From: Schmidtea polychroa
Lineage: Eukaryota
Reading direction: 5' to 3'
Assembly: GCA_044892525.1 (NCBI GenBank)
Contig: CM097888.1
Span: forward strand, 17,422,001 to 17,486,000
DNA: 64,000 bases
In this document: positions 63,038 to 64,000 of the stretch, piece by piece
Numbering within the stretch: position 1 is the first letter of the stretch
Layout: each line of letters starts with the position of its first letter
Position numbers and translations under genes: made by a program
The notes under the pieces: generated by a model
The model's input: the letters and a program-made list of their open reading frames with translations, nothing else
The model's database searches: none
What the model was told of the DNA's origin: nothing

Positions 63038-64000
63038 CTAATTTTAAATAAGACATTATCTGCTATTAGAAATTATTGCAGAGTTCCATCTTTAAAAGAA
63101 ACGTTTATTAATTTTCTTTACGTCTTGATGGAATCAGTTTAATTGTTTTTATTCATCGTACCGAGGTTTTATTAAATAAGAACATTGTTGACTTGAAAGA
63201 TTTCTTTCGCCATTGCTCTAAAAATTGGATTTATTATTAAATATACATTGCCAATTTGAAAAATTAAAAAGTTGTTTAAATATTTAAAATATTAAAAATA
63301 TTAAAAATCCTTTATTAATGAAAAATGCGTATGTTAGCAGACAAGATTCATGATTGTTACAAGCCTAAAATTACTTTCCAGTAACATTAATTCAGTAAGT
63401 ACTGGCAAAAGAGACTTAGAAGATTTTGAAGAGGAAAAAATTACTGAAAAACTAAACGCTAACATTAAGGGCTAATTTGAATTTTTAAACTTGACAATAC
63501 TTAGAGACAAATAGAGAGAAATATAATAAAGAAAATTTTTTGAGACATTCTGTCCAAAAAATCTTTGAAATTTATCCTCTTTACTGAATGAAGTCTTACC
63601 CAGAAAATACCAAAGTTTTGAAAAAAAAATTAAAATTTCTTCTGTAAAGAATATTTGAGAAAATATTAAATAATTTTTAAAATACGAGTTATTCAAAATA
63701 AAATAAATGTATTTTCTAAGTTAAATAACTCTAACATCTTCCATGAATTTTAAAAACATTACATATATTTTATAATATTAGATTATCCTTAATATTTGGA
63801 AAAATATTTATTAAATTAGTGTATTAAAAAAAATTGATATTTGCTATGTGCATTCCAAATCTCATAGGAATCCTCGACTCTATCAAATTATTTTGATCGA
63901 ATAGTCACCTTTTTTTGTCAAATCAAGAAAGATGTGAAACCAGTACAAATGTATCATATATTTTTTGGTAAAGGAAATTCCAAATCAATTCTCAAATGCA

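Noticed and set aside
1-64000. Prokaryotic features (operons, rRNA/tRNA genes, defence systems)
   Set aside because: No rRNA or tRNA structure recognised; all identifiable content is eukaryotic genes and transposons

Overview
AT-rich (roughly three-quarters A+T) animal nuclear DNA with five N-gaps. The composition and transposon spectrum are compatible with an invertebrate such as a triclad flatworm, but the host cannot be fixed from sequence alone. The window is mostly transposon and endogenous-virus debris around two host genes: an intact single-exon RASD/DIRAS/Ras-dva-like small GTPase (32133-32960) and the first exon of an AMDHD2/nagA gene carrying a one-base frameshift (46686-47191). Mobile elements: (1) decayed Maverick/Polinton virus pieces (packaging ATPase, small basic ORF, integrase, two tandem penton genes, a separate pPolB remnant, several AGTAG-type termini); (2) a Penelope-like element with a hammerhead-ribozyme-like motif; (3) a young Ty3/Gypsy element with identical 294-bp LTRs, gag and pol in one frame separated by a single TAG, an entirely coding internal region and a tandem partial second copy; (4) other Gypsy and BEL/Pao gag remnants; (5) many hAT deletion derivatives and MITEs with readable TIRs/TSDs, plus pogo-, piggyBac- and Merlin-like MITEs; (6) intronless actin and ubiquitin-like pseudogenes. 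Family assignments come from motif recognition by eye; no database search was run.
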